Shown one piece after another: positions 32,107 through 41,294 of a DNA stretch of 64,000 nt. The DNA comes from Treponema sp. (GTDB taxonomy: Bacteria > Spirochaetota > Spirochaetia > Treponematales > Treponemataceae), in contig JAZQMW010000019.1 of the NCBI GenBank assembly GCA_045627025.1, positions 3,047-67,046 on the forward strand, in the 5' to 3' direction. The translations under genes were made by a program, and so were the position numbers. Every line of letters starts with the position of its first letter. Position 1 is the first letter of the stretch. Below the pieces are notes generated by a model that worked only from the letters and a program-made list of their open reading frames with translations, made no database searches and was not told the origin of the DNA.

Positions 32107-32562
32107 TCAGCAGGAAGCATTTATTACAATGCTGTTTCCGTAATTGCGCCTCATGGAACCATTTGACGTATAGACATCATTTCTCTGACTTGCTATGCAT
32201 TCTTCCATGACGGCAGTTATGAAGTTTTTTGTAGCTCCGACATATTTCGAAAGAGCCTCATTTTCAACCTTGCTCTTGGAAAGCTTTGATTTCACCCTCA
32301 AAAAAACATCCCTGATTTCACTGCTGAAATATATGTCATCAGAAACCGAAGCGAGCTTTTCCCTATATGCATCTATTTTTGAAAACTCGGAACCAAGCAC
32401 ACTCATGTTGTGTATGTATTTTTCAAGACCGTCCCATACCCTCTTGACGACACATTCATGTATTTTATCCTGTTCCTTGAGCATTGAATCAAGAATGCGT
32501 TCCTGTTCGTTCAATATGCTCTCAAGTTCAATAAGCTTCATTGAATCTGTTTCTTCCGACAT
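32107..32562 (-). CDS. flgN: Flagellar export chaperone FlgN-like
   Basis: Helical protein directly upstream of flgK with C-terminal YTSNG. Confidence 0.7.
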   Translation of the reverse strand: MSEETDSMKLIELESILNEQERILDSMLKEQDKIHECVVKRVWDGLEKYIHNMSVLGSEFSKIDAYREKLASVSDDIYFSSEIRDVFLRVKSKLSKSKVENEALSKYVGATKNFITAVMEECIASQRNDVYTSNGSMRRNYGNSIVINASC

Positions 32563-32595
32563 AATAAAACCTCTTAAAATAGATACTCTTATATA

Positions 32596-32622
32596 AAATC
32601 GGCATTTTTTGAGGGTAATTTA
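32596..32622 (-). promoter_or_regulatory. Sigma28 promoter of flgN-flgK-flgL-fliW-csrA
   Basis: Minus strand TAAA-N15-GCCGATTT. Confidence 0.8.
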
Positions 32623-32881
32623 ACATTTTTATTTCATAATGGACAATTTTTGGCAAAAAAAAGGATTAAAGGCACATCGTAAGGAAAAGGAAAGACAAAA
32701 ACAGAAAAATGGGACACGACAGGGATAAAAATCTGGCAAAGAGCTTTTCTCTAAACAAGAAAAAACCCAACAATGGCTTTTATGGAAAAAACGGAAAAAG
32801 GTGCATTACAGGGCACAAAGAATCATGAATCAAAATCGAGATGAAAAAAACATGACGGAAAATGCATAAAATGCTTACAAA

Positions 32882-32916
32882 GGACATCTCTAAAAAAACA
32901 AATTTCAGAGGTTTCC
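32882..32916. repeat. REP-like palindrome (degenerate)
   Basis: GGACATCTCTAAAAA...TTTCAGAGGTTTCC. Confidence 0.5.
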
Positions 32917-33002
32917 GTAATAATGATGACTGCAATGAACGCCAGCAGGATGCAAAAAAAAGGACATATCATTGCAATCATTGAAAAAAAAATGCAGTGA
33001 AC

Positions 33003-34592
33003 TTACTTTCCGCCACGGGCAAAAAGATTTTTCAACTTGGAGAATATTCCCTGCTTCTTTTGAACCTTTTTTGAAGAAGAAACCCTGGCATTGTTTTTTG
33101 CAGAAGAAGGATTTTTCCTGTACGAAGGATTTTTCTTATACGAAGCGTTTCTTGTCTTTTTTCCTGACGGTTTTGAAGGAGAACCGGAAGACTTTGAATG
33201 AGCCCCCGCATATCTTTCCCTGTAAAGTTTCATCCTCTCATCAGTAGGAAGGGTCGCAAGTTTTTCTTCTTCCTCCCTGCTGAACACGCGACGATCACGC
33301 TTGTATTCAGATTTTGCCTTCTCGTTTCTGGAAGAATAGGAACCATTGCCCCTCTTTCGCTTCTTGAATTCCTTATTTCGCCTGCGTCCGAATTCACTTT
33401 TGTCATTTCTATCCTGGGAATAACGCTCAAGCTTGATATACGTATCCTTTGATTTGTCTTCCGCAAAAAGCTCTTCAGTGGCAACTTCTGCCGGTATGCT
33501 TTTTTCGATATAACGCTCAATTGCAGGAAGGCTGTATACATCCTGCTCACTGCAGAACGTGTATGCGATTCCTGATTTTCCAGCCCTTGCAGTACGACCT
33601 ATTCTATGCACATAGTTTTCAGCTTCATTCGGAAGATCATAGTTTATGACCATCTGGAGATCATTGACATCAATTCCACGGGCGGCAACATCTGTCGCAA
33701 CAAGGCATTTCACCTTGCCGGCCTTGAAATCGTCAATTATCGCAAGCCGTTTTTTCTGAGGAAGATCACCTATGAGATACTCATTTTGGATTCCGTTTAT
33801 TGCAAGACGCTTTGACACTATTTCGCAAGATTTTTTCGTATTGGCAAAAATAATAAGGCTTTCAGGTGTCTTTTTCTGAATTATTCCAAGCAGAAGCTTC
33901 ATTTTGTCACCGCTTGAAACATGGAAAAGAAGCTGCTCTATTTCATCAACAGTTATGTTGTCGGCAGCAATCGTTATCTCTTCAGGATTTCTTGTATATT
34001 CCCACGCAAGATTCTTTACGTATGAATTGAGTGTTGCACTGAAAAGATATGTCTGGCGCTTCTCTGAAGGTGGAAGAAGCTTTATCAAAGTCCGCAAGTC
34101 AGGATAGAATCCCATGTCAAACATGCGGTCAGCCTCGTCAATCACAAGGAAACCGACATTTGAAAAATCCATCTGGTTTCCCTGGCAGAGATCTATCACG
34201 CGTCCTGGAGTTCCGACTATAATGTCAAGCCCCTTCTTGATGGATGATATCTGCCTGTCATATCCGACTCCGCCATAGAATGAATCACACCTTAAATTTG
34301 AAAAGGCACACAATTTTTCTGCCTCTTCCTGAACCTGAACCGCAAGCTCCCTTGTAGGAACAAGAATCAAGGCCTGCTTTCTGTCCTCACCGTCATTTAA
34401 AAGCTGGTTTATTATGCTTACAAGATATGCGGCCGTTTTTCCAGTACCAGTCTGCGACTGAACATACAAATCCCTTTTCTGCTCGCTGGAAGCAATTACT
34501 TTCTCCTGTACCGAAGTGCATTCCACATATCCTGCACCAGCTATTCCTTTCAACAAACTCTCATTCAAACTGAATTCCGTAAATTTCATCAC
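33003..34592 (-). CDS. DEAD-box RNA helicase
   Basis: QTGTGKT, PTRELA, TPGR, DEAD, SAT, ARGID, HRIGRTAR; basic C-terminal tail. Confidence 0.95.
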   Translation of the reverse strand: MMKFTEFSLNESLLKGIAGAGYVECTSVQEKVIASSEQKRDLYVQSQTGTGKTAAYLVSIINQLLNDGEDRKQALILVPTRELAVQVQEEAEKLCAFSNLRCDSFYGGVGYDRQISSIKKGLDIIVGTPGRVIDLCQGNQMDFSNVGFLVIDEADRMFDMGFYPDLRTLIKLLPPSEKRQTYLFSATLNSYVKNLAWEYTRNPEEITIAADNITVDEIEQLLFHVSSGDKMKLLLGIIQKKTPESLIIFANTKKSCEIVSKRLAINGIQNEYLIGDLPQKKRLAIIDDFKAGKVKCLVATDVAARGIDVNDLQMVINYDLPNEAENYVHRIGRTARAGKSGIAYTFCSEQDVYSLPAIERYIEKSIPAEVATEELFAEDKSKDTYIKLERYSQDRNDKSEFGRRRNKEFKKRKRGNGSYSSRNEKAKSEYKRDRRVFSREEEEKLATLPTDERMKLYRERYAGAHSKSSGSPSKPSGKKTRNASYKKNPSYRKNPSSAKNNARVSSSKKVQKKQGIFSKLKNLFARGGK

Positions 34593-34817
34593 ATCTCCAA
34601 AAAATGTCAGAACAAATAATCATCAATATCCATTATTATACATGATGTTGGATAAATATTCTATGGGAAGTTAGCAGAATCTCCTGATGCATGCCTTATC
34701 ATGCAGCTGACATAGAAATCCCCACAATTCCAGAAAAACACAAAGGCCACAAAATATCTTGAATGCCGGATTCTCACGAACATGCATAATGAACAAAACA
34801 ATTTCCACTCATCATAT

Positions 34818-34852
34818 AAAAAGCCGGATAAACGAGGGCTCATTTATCCGGC
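34818..34852 (-). terminator. Intrinsic terminator after flgE
   Basis: GCCGGATAAA-loop-TTTATCCGGC followed by a T run on the minus strand. Confidence 0.75.
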
Positions 34853-34893
34853 AATGTTGGGAAAAAATATTTTACGTATTTTCTATCTCAATT

Positions 34894-36285
34894 TTAGCGC
34901 TTCAAGCCTAATACAGTCTCAAGCATGCTGTCGCCTGTCTGAATTGTCTTTGCATTTGACTCAAATCCGCGCTGTGTGACAATCATGTCCGTAAGCTGCT
35001 CTGTAAGGTCAACGTTAGACATTTCAAGAGTACCGGAAAGAAGAGTTCCCTTACCCTGAGTACCGCTTTCGCCGACATTTGCCATTCCAGAGTTGATTGA
35101 CTCAGCATATGTGTTGTTGCCTTTCTTTTCAAGACCGCCCTGGTTTGTGAAGGAAGCCATTGCAACCTGTCCGATAGTTCTTACGGAACCGTTTGAATAA
35201 ACGCCTGTAATCACGCCGCTCTGGTCAATCTTAAAGTTGTCAAGGTAACCGAGTTTGTATCCGTCCTGATAGTTTGCCTTTGTAGTAGACTTTGATGCAG
35301 CCTGAGTAATCGTGTTTTCCATTGAACCGATAACACCAAGATTAAGGTTGAATGTCTGTCGGTATGGGTTTCCGTTTGCATCAGGATTGCTGTCTGCTAC
35401 CTGATAAGATGCCTGAAGGACTATTTCACCTTCTGGATTTGACTGATTTCCGGCACTGTCTGCTACAGACTGAAGTTTTCCGGTATTGTCAAAATTCAAT
35501 GTATATGTATTTGCCTGACCGTCTGTTCCGCCGAAACCTACGCGTGTCTGCGTAAAGTCTGCGTTGTCAGGATCAACATTTACGGTAACGCTCCACTGGT
35601 TTGGATTTCCAGGAACTTTCTTGAAGCTCATCTGAACCTGATGTGCATTGCCATAATCGTCATAGATATTGATTTCTGTTTCCCAAGTACCCTCAATTAC
35701 CTGATCTGGAGTTGCATTTTCAGGAATCTCAGGAGTATTCTTGTTTAAGTTGCAGAAATATTTTACGTTTTCAGTTGCCTTTGGAGGATCCTTCTGCCCA
35801 ACAGGAATTACAAGGTCTGTAGGAGTTGCAGATGTGCGGACAATCTGGCGTCCGTTTACATTTTCTGCCATCCAGCCCTGAACCCTCATTCCCGTAGCAG
35901 GATTTACCAATGTTCCGTTTGAATCAGTACCGAACACACCGGCACGTGAATAATAAGTCTGGTCTCCGTTCTTCAATACAAAGAAACCGTTTCCCTGAAT
36001 TGCAAGATCCGTAGTGTTTCCAGTTGTCTGGAGATTACCCTGTGTAAAAATAGTGTCAATTGTTGCAACACTCATTCCAAGTCCTACTTCCTTAGGATTC
36101 ACACCGCCGACTTCTTCTGTAGGACGTGCAGCACCTGTAACCTGCTGGCTTATCATGTCCTGGAAAGTTGCCCTTCCCTTCTTGAAACCGTAAGTATTGA
36201 CATTGGAAATATTGTTTCCGATAACATCCATTCTTGTCTGGTGATTCTGCAAGCCTGAAACACCTGCATATAATGATCTCATCAT
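34894..36285 (-). CDS. flgE: Flagellar hook protein FlgE
   Basis: [53 protein letters not shown]. Confidence 0.97.
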   Translation of the reverse strand: MMRSLYAGVSGLQNHQTRMDVIGNNISNVNTYGFKKGRATFQDMISQQVTGAARPTEEVGGVNPKEVGLGMSVATIDTIFTQGNLQTTGNTTDLAIQGNGFFVLKNGDQTYYSRAGVFGTDSNGTLVNPATGMRVQGWMAENVNGRQIVRTSATPTDLVIPVGQKDPPKATENVKYFCNLNKNTPEIPENATPDQVIEGTWETEINIYDDYGNAHQVQMSFKKVPGNPNQWSVTVNVDPDNADFTQTRVGFGGTDGQANTYTLNFDNTGKLQSVADSAGNQSNPEGEIVLQASYQVADSNPDANGNPYRQTFNLNLGVIGSMENTITQAASKSTTKANYQDGYKLGYLDNFKIDQSGVITGVYSNGSVRTIGQVAMASFTNQGGLEKKGNNTYAESINSGMANVGESGTQGKGTLLSGTLEMSNVDLTEQLTDMIVTQRGFESNAKTIQTGDSMLETVLGLKR

Positions 36286-36333
36286 AATACTACCCTCTTA
36301 TGATAACTAGATTTTCTGCTCCCCAACTCGAGC

Positions 36334-36783
36334 CTATTCTCCGTAAACTGCGGAAATCTGCTTAAGGTCATAAAACATGTTGCCGATTTTAACCTGCGGA
36401 TTCGTGCCGCATGTAACAGCTTCCACAACACCAGTCGTAGAAGTATCACCCAAGGAAACTTCAACAGTTTTACCAATTGTACTTATTGCGTTGTTTGAAG
36501 TAAGCATAGTATTCAATTTTGCAAACTCTTGGTTCATGTTTGTCATCTGCTCAAGAGAACTGAACTGAGCCATCTGCGCAACCATCTGTGTATTGTCTGT
36601 AGGTTTTGTAGGATCTTGATGTGAAAGCTGTGTAATGAGAAGCTTAAGAAAATCATCCTTACCAAGCTCATGTGAAACCTTGCGTCCCTCAACAACAAGC
36701 GACTTGTTGAATGAATCAACCTGCATGCCGAGCTTTGCCATTTCCTGTGCATCAAGTTTAGAATTTAATTGAATACCATCCAT
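36334..36783 (-). CDS. flgD: Hook capping protein FlgD
   Basis: [31 protein letters not shown]. Confidence 0.95.
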   Translation of the reverse strand: MDGIQLNSKLDAQEMAKLGMQVDSFNKSLVVEGRKVSHELGKDDFLKLLITQLSHQDPTKPTDNTQMVAQMAQFSSLEQMTNMNQEFAKLNTMLTSNNAISTIGKTVEVSLGDTSTTGVVEAVTCGTNPQVKIGNMFYDLKQISAVYGE

Positions 36784-36812
36784 TTTATTCCCCTTCAAAA
36801 GGCCGCATGTCA

Positions 36813-38291
36813 TCATGCAACCACACTAATTCTTTTATCGGAAACTGAATCAAAAACTGTAGAAGAATTTACAGCATCCACGCCCCTTGAATTCTCATCT
36901 GACGCATAGTCGCCATAAACTTGGTTCGAAAGGAACTGCTCTCCGCTTTTCTGCTGATTCTGCGCAAAAGCCTGATTTGAAGAACTGTCCTGATAGCTCA
37001 GCGTGAGTTCGGCATTATTGAAACCGCTGTCCTGAAATGCCTGCCTTAAAGTGTCCATGTTCTGCTTGAAAGCATCGAAAGCTTCCTTGCTGTGTACAAC
37101 AATCTGTCCTGAAATTACGTTGTCGGTAAGCTTCAGTGAAACCTTTACGTTTCCAAGAGACTCAGGCTTCAATATCATGTTTATTGAACCCGTGTCATTA
37201 TCCTTAAGCACGATTGTTCCAGCCTTTACGATATCGCCGGCATTATTTGCAATCTGCTCCGAAAGCATATGCTCGAACACTGATCCCTGGGCACCTGCAC
37301 TCTGGGAATTCGAAGAAAGAATATTCTGCGTAGAGGTGTTCTTCAAGGAAAGCTGAAGATCAAGACTTGGATTCTCGCCAGAAGTGTCAGAATCTGCCAT
37401 CATCTCTTCAAAATCTGATTTTTTCTGAACGGCAGAACGCTCATCAACAACATTGAACCTGTTTTCCACAAAAGACTTGAAATCAACAGCCTCACCAGTC
37501 TTACTGTCAATGGCCTCAAGCTTGAATTCAGAATCTTTCTTTCCCCTGAAATCTGCATCAGATGCGGCACCCAAATTCCTTGGAGTACTGTCCATAAAAA
37601 CAAGTCCTGCATTCTCGGATTCTTCAACATCTGAAGTATCAATTTCAGAAATTCCCACATCTTCCATGTCAAGTGAAACTTTTCTTTCACCATCAAGGAG
37701 AAGATCTTTTTCAGCTGCCATCTCAAGAAATTTCTCAGGCTCATCCACAGAAAGATTCTGTGCCTGGCTGACAATTTCAGAAAGCTGCTCATCACCGGAA
37801 TACTCTGTCGCATTTTCGATAAGCATGTCAAAAGCACTCTGTCTTGATTCTGTATTCTTAAGATACGTAAACTCACTTTCAGTAATTACGGTATTTTCAG
37901 GAGCACAGTTTTCTGCTGCATACTGCTGTGGCTGAACGGCAGCCAAAATTGCATTTTGCGACTCAAGGACATTGCTTTCCTGTCCACATTCCAGCATTTC
38001 ATCGATATTTATTTTTGCTTTGGGATTTAAATTTTTTCTGAAACCAAGATCAGCTTTTTTATCATCCACACCTTCTGTCCTTGGAGAACAGTTTTCATTT
38101 TCCGTCTTGCAGGACACTCTCTCAGCCTTTTTTGAAGGATTTTCACAATTAGTTTTTCTTGAAGTATTTTCCTGTGACATGGAATCAACCATATCCCTGA
38201 AAGATGCCTTACTGGTGTGCCTTTCGCTCTTCGGGGAAGAGTTTTTTGCCTCAACCTGAGGCTTTAACATCTGTACATTCAAGGTTTGCAT
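36813..38291 (-). CDS. fliK: Hook-length control protein FliK
   Basis: Low-complexity N-terminus; C-terminal [11 protein letters not shown]...[10 protein letters not shown]; upstream of flgD. Confidence 0.88.
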   Translation of the reverse strand: MQTLNVQMLKPQVEAKNSSPKSERHTSKASFRDMVDSMSQENTSRKTNCENPSKKAERVSCKTENENCSPRTEGVDDKKADLGFRKNLNPKAKINIDEMLECGQESNVLESQNAILAAVQPQQYAAENCAPENTVITESEFTYLKNTESRQSAFDMLIENATEYSGDEQLSEIVSQAQNLSVDEPEKFLEMAAEKDLLLDGERKVSLDMEDVGISEIDTSDVEESENAGLVFMDSTPRNLGAASDADFRGKKDSEFKLEAIDSKTGEAVDFKSFVENRFNVVDERSAVQKKSDFEEMMADSDTSGENPSLDLQLSLKNTSTQNILSSNSQSAGAQGSVFEHMLSEQIANNAGDIVKAGTIVLKDNDTGSINMILKPESLGNVKVSLKLTDNVISGQIVVHSKEAFDAFKQNMDTLRQAFQDSGFNNAELTLSYQDSSSNQAFAQNQQKSGEQFLSNQVYGDYASDENSRGVDAVNSSTVFDSVSDKRISVVA

Positions 38292-38337
38292 TTTTACCTC
38301 CGAAACATAACATCAGCCTAAACGCAAACCTTATTTT

Positions 38338-38967
38338 CTATTCGATTGACAGCGGCTTGTTTGCCATTTTTCTGTTTATTTCTGCAGCACGGTCACTTGG
38401 CATCAAGGAAAGCCAATATGCTACAGTCGATGCGGTGCCTGACTTGCGTGCGACTTCCTCAGCACAACGAAGAACGTCAATAACGTCCTGGTCGTTCATT
38501 TCTGTAAGAATGCCAACAGCACTTTTTGGCGGCATACCGTTAAGATTTGCAACAATCTGCTCGATGTTTACATTTCTATCATCGTACTTTTTGACTAAAT
38601 TATTAAATGTTTTTTCCCTTTCAGCCTGACTTTTTTCCTTATCCTCAAGTTCCTGCGCAATCTGGACGTTCGATTCCTCGGCAAGCTTCAAGTCAGCCTC
38701 CCTCTTTGCAAGTTCCTCTGACTGAATTTCAAGAGCCTCAAGCCTCTTTGCAAAACGGTCATTGTCAAGGTCTGCCTCAACAAGAGCTTTTGACGATGCA
38801 GAAACAGATGTCTGCGGCGCAAGGCCAACAAGCTTAAAAAGAGGTGCAAATGCTTTTTTTGCCTGAATGATTCCAAGATAGTCAAACCAAAGAAGACCTG
38901 CAAGAGCAAGTATTACTATAAGAATTATAAGAAGAAGCGACTTACCTAATGTTTTTCCACGTGCCAT
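38338..38967 (-). CDS. flbB: Periplasmic flagellar collar protein FlbB
   Basis: N-terminal TM WFDYLG, coiled coil, LNGMPPKSAV, VAYWLSLM. Confidence 0.85.
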   Translation of the reverse strand: MARGKTLGKSLLLIILIVILALAGLLWFDYLGIIQAKKAFAPLFKLVGLAPQTSVSASSKALVEADLDNDRFAKRLEALEIQSEELAKREADLKLAEESNVQIAQELEDKEKSQAEREKTFNNLVKKYDDRNVNIEQIVANLNGMPPKSAVGILTEMNDQDVIDVLRCAEEVARKSGTASTVAYWLSLMPSDRAAEINRKMANKPLSIE

Positions 38968-39029
38968 GTGTTTTACCCCACCTTAAACTTGGAATCCCAT
39001 ACAAAATGAATTTAGAGATTCTAGACATT

Positions 39030-39057
39030 ATGTCGGCCTTTTATCATTGTTACTTTA
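39030..39057 (-). promoter_or_regulatory. Sigma28 promoter of flbB-fliK-flgD-flgE
   Basis: Minus strand TAAA-N16-GCCGACAT. Confidence 0.75.
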
Positions 39058-39077
39058 TAGAAATCTAAAAAGAAGTT

Positions 39078-39122
39078 AAAAAAGCCCCGGATTCTGCCAT
39101 GAAGACAATTTCCGGGGACTTT
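39078..39122 (-). terminator. Intrinsic terminator after hexokinase
   Basis: CCCCGGA...TCCGGGG followed by CTTTTTT on the minus strand. Confidence 0.7.
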
Positions 39123-39155
39123 AAATTGAAACAAAATGCGTTAAGAACTTTTCGT

Positions 39156-40451
39156 TTATTTTATGAGGCCTGCAATTGCGGCACCAAGAGTAATGTCATT
39201 GTCACGGCTTATGATGTCAAAGAAAATTCCCCTTTCTTCAGTAAGGCATTTCTCAAGATATGCAAATACGCGTCCATGCACCTTGTAAGCCTTGTAGAAT
39301 GTGGTTCCGTCGCAAAGCATGCATACAGGTTTTCCTGCACACTTGCCTTCTCCGCTCTTTATTGCACATGCAGAAAGGATTGCGGCTGCCATGCGTGCGC
39401 TCCTGTCCATGAAGGCATCCAAAAGCTGTATGATTCTGTCATAGTCCTGGCATGAGGCTCCGTTTGAAATCAAGAGGGAACCGAGCATGCTGGAAGCTAA
39501 ATGAGGCGCATGAAGGAAAGAATTTGCCTCAATGAGGGTAAGGCCTTCAAGCTTTGAAAGCGCATCACAAACCTTGTCAGAAAAAATTCCTTCCTTTGCT
39601 GCAAGAATGAGTGCCTCATAGCATACAGGACCAAGATATGCACCTGAACAAAGCTTTTCCATGAGTCCTGTTCCAGGATTCACGCTCTTTTTGTCAAAGG
39701 CAACATCAAAGTCGCTCTGAAGGACATCCTTGAATTTTCCATTTTCGCAAACGATGATCTGCTTCTTGAGTCCAGGATACTTCTCGTCTTCACTCTGGAT
39801 GTATGCACCGTTCATTCCCGTACCGAGGATGAAACCGATGTATGAAGAATATTCCATTCCCTCATCAGGGTCTGCAGCGCCTGCAAGAAGGGCCGCAACA
39901 GTATCGTTAAGGAGTGAAACTTTCACATCCTTTTTCCAACCGTGTTCCTTGAGGGCTTTTGAAAGCTCTTTTCCGATATGGCTTCCAACAACTTCAGGAG
40001 CCTTCACTTCTTTCGTAAAATTGATGAGGACACCGTCACCGTCTTCCGTAATTGTCATTGGATATGAAAAACAGAATCCAATGCAGTCGGCCTTGTCCTT
40101 CAAATGCTCGAGATTTGACGCAAACTGGTCAAAGAACTCCTTCTTTGAAAGTTCCTTTGCAACACCCGGCATGCATGTCTTTTCCATGTCAGAAATGGCA
40201 GGCTTTCCGTTTTCATCAAAAGTAACAAGGCAAGACCTGAAATTGGTTCCGCCTGCATCAATGACGATTACAGACTTATTCCTGGCCTTTGACTCAGGTG
40301 GGTTTGTATAAGTCCTTATCATGTCCTGGCATGCTTTTCGTCCGGAAAGTCCTTCGTTCATGTCATAGAGAAGACCGTCAATCACAGAATTTATATCCTG
40401 GCGGACACTGAAATTGTGCCTTGTCAAAAATGATGCTATGCACTGATTCAT
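39156..40451 (-). CDS. Hexokinase (eukaryote-like family)
   Basis: IDAGGTNFR, GFCFSYP, NFTKE, LLNDTVA, ILGTGMNGAY, MEKLCSGAYLG. Confidence 0.92.
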   Translation of the reverse strand: MNQCIASFLTRHNFSVRQDINSVIDGLLYDMNEGLSGRKACQDMIRTYTNPPESKARNKSVIVIDAGGTNFRSCLVTFDENGKPAISDMEKTCMPGVAKELSKKEFFDQFASNLEHLKDKADCIGFCFSYPMTITEDGDGVLINFTKEVKAPEVVGSHIGKELSKALKEHGWKKDVKVSLLNDTVAALLAGAADPDEGMEYSSYIGFILGTGMNGAYIQSEDEKYPGLKKQIIVCENGKFKDVLQSDFDVAFDKKSVNPGTGLMEKLCSGAYLGPVCYEALILAAKEGIFSDKVCDALSKLEGLTLIEANSFLHAPHLASSMLGSLLISNGASCQDYDRIIQLLDAFMDRSARMAAAILSACAIKSGEGKCAGKPVCMLCDGTTFYKAYKVHGRVFAYLEKCLTEERGIFFDIISRDNDITLGAAIAGLIK

Positions 40452-40732
40452 TTTATTACTCCGAAATACTATAAAGTCTAGAATTCCCCAAAACCCAATT
40501 TACAGAAACAGCGATGAAGATGCGCCGTAAGACAGCCCCTGCAGGTCGTCCCCTTTACATTTTCACAAAATGCATTTTCTTTGCGTTGAGGAATGGCTTA
40601 TTATATCATAAAAGGATTTTGTTGTGAATAGAAAATCTTGCAGTGTAGAATAATGCAGAAAATTAGATTTTTTCACATGAAGAAAAATAAGATATCAGGT
40701 TCTGTTTCGAGTTTGATTGAAATCAGAGTTTT

Positions 40733-41238
40733 CGCACCAAACGCATGCCGTTGCATGCCTCTACGCAAGTTTGCAGTCGAGACCTTTCCAACTGCAAATA
40801 CGCCCCAAAAACATTCCGATGAACTGAATGCAAAACGTGTATCGACATGCATACTGACACAAGGAGCAAACCGTGTATCAGCACGCAAACCGATACTCTG
40901 AAGCCTAACCGTGAGCTGGAATGCAGACCGTCGAAAGGGGGCGCCCCCAAACGCATGCCGATGCATATCTTCACGCAAATCCACAATCAAAACCTTTCCA
41001 ACTGCAAATACGCCCCAAAAACATTCCGATGTTTACCTTACGGCAAATTTGCAATCGAACCCCACCATGTTGCAAATCGTCTGGCAAAAACATGCCAGTG
41101 CATACTCTTCCGACAAATTCGCAGACAAAACCCATCCCAATCGCAAATCGGCCGCCCCAAATGCATGCCGATGCATATCTTCACGCAAATCTGCAATCAA
41201 ACCCAATCCAGTCGCAAACCGCCGCCCAATCGCAACCC
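40733..41238 (+). repeat. Degenerate tandem array of a ~68-73 bp unit
   Basis: Units begin near 40733, 40801 (partial), 40942, 41011, 41080 and 41153; consensus CGCCCCAAAnGCATGCCGATGCATATCTTCACGCAAATCTGCAATCAAAACCnnTCCAAnTGCAAAT. Confidence 0.85.
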
Positions 41239-41294
41239 CACCCTAAAAAAGTACCGTTTGAAACAATTTTCTTTTTCTGCTAGAATCTCAAGTC

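Noticed and set aside
40483-40594. SRP (4.5S) RNA
   Set aside because: Lacks the conserved CAGG...GNRA...AGCA domain IV motif.
40733-41238. CRISPR array
   Set aside because: Units are ~70 bp, degenerate along their whole length, with no constant repeat/unique spacer alternation and no cas genes.
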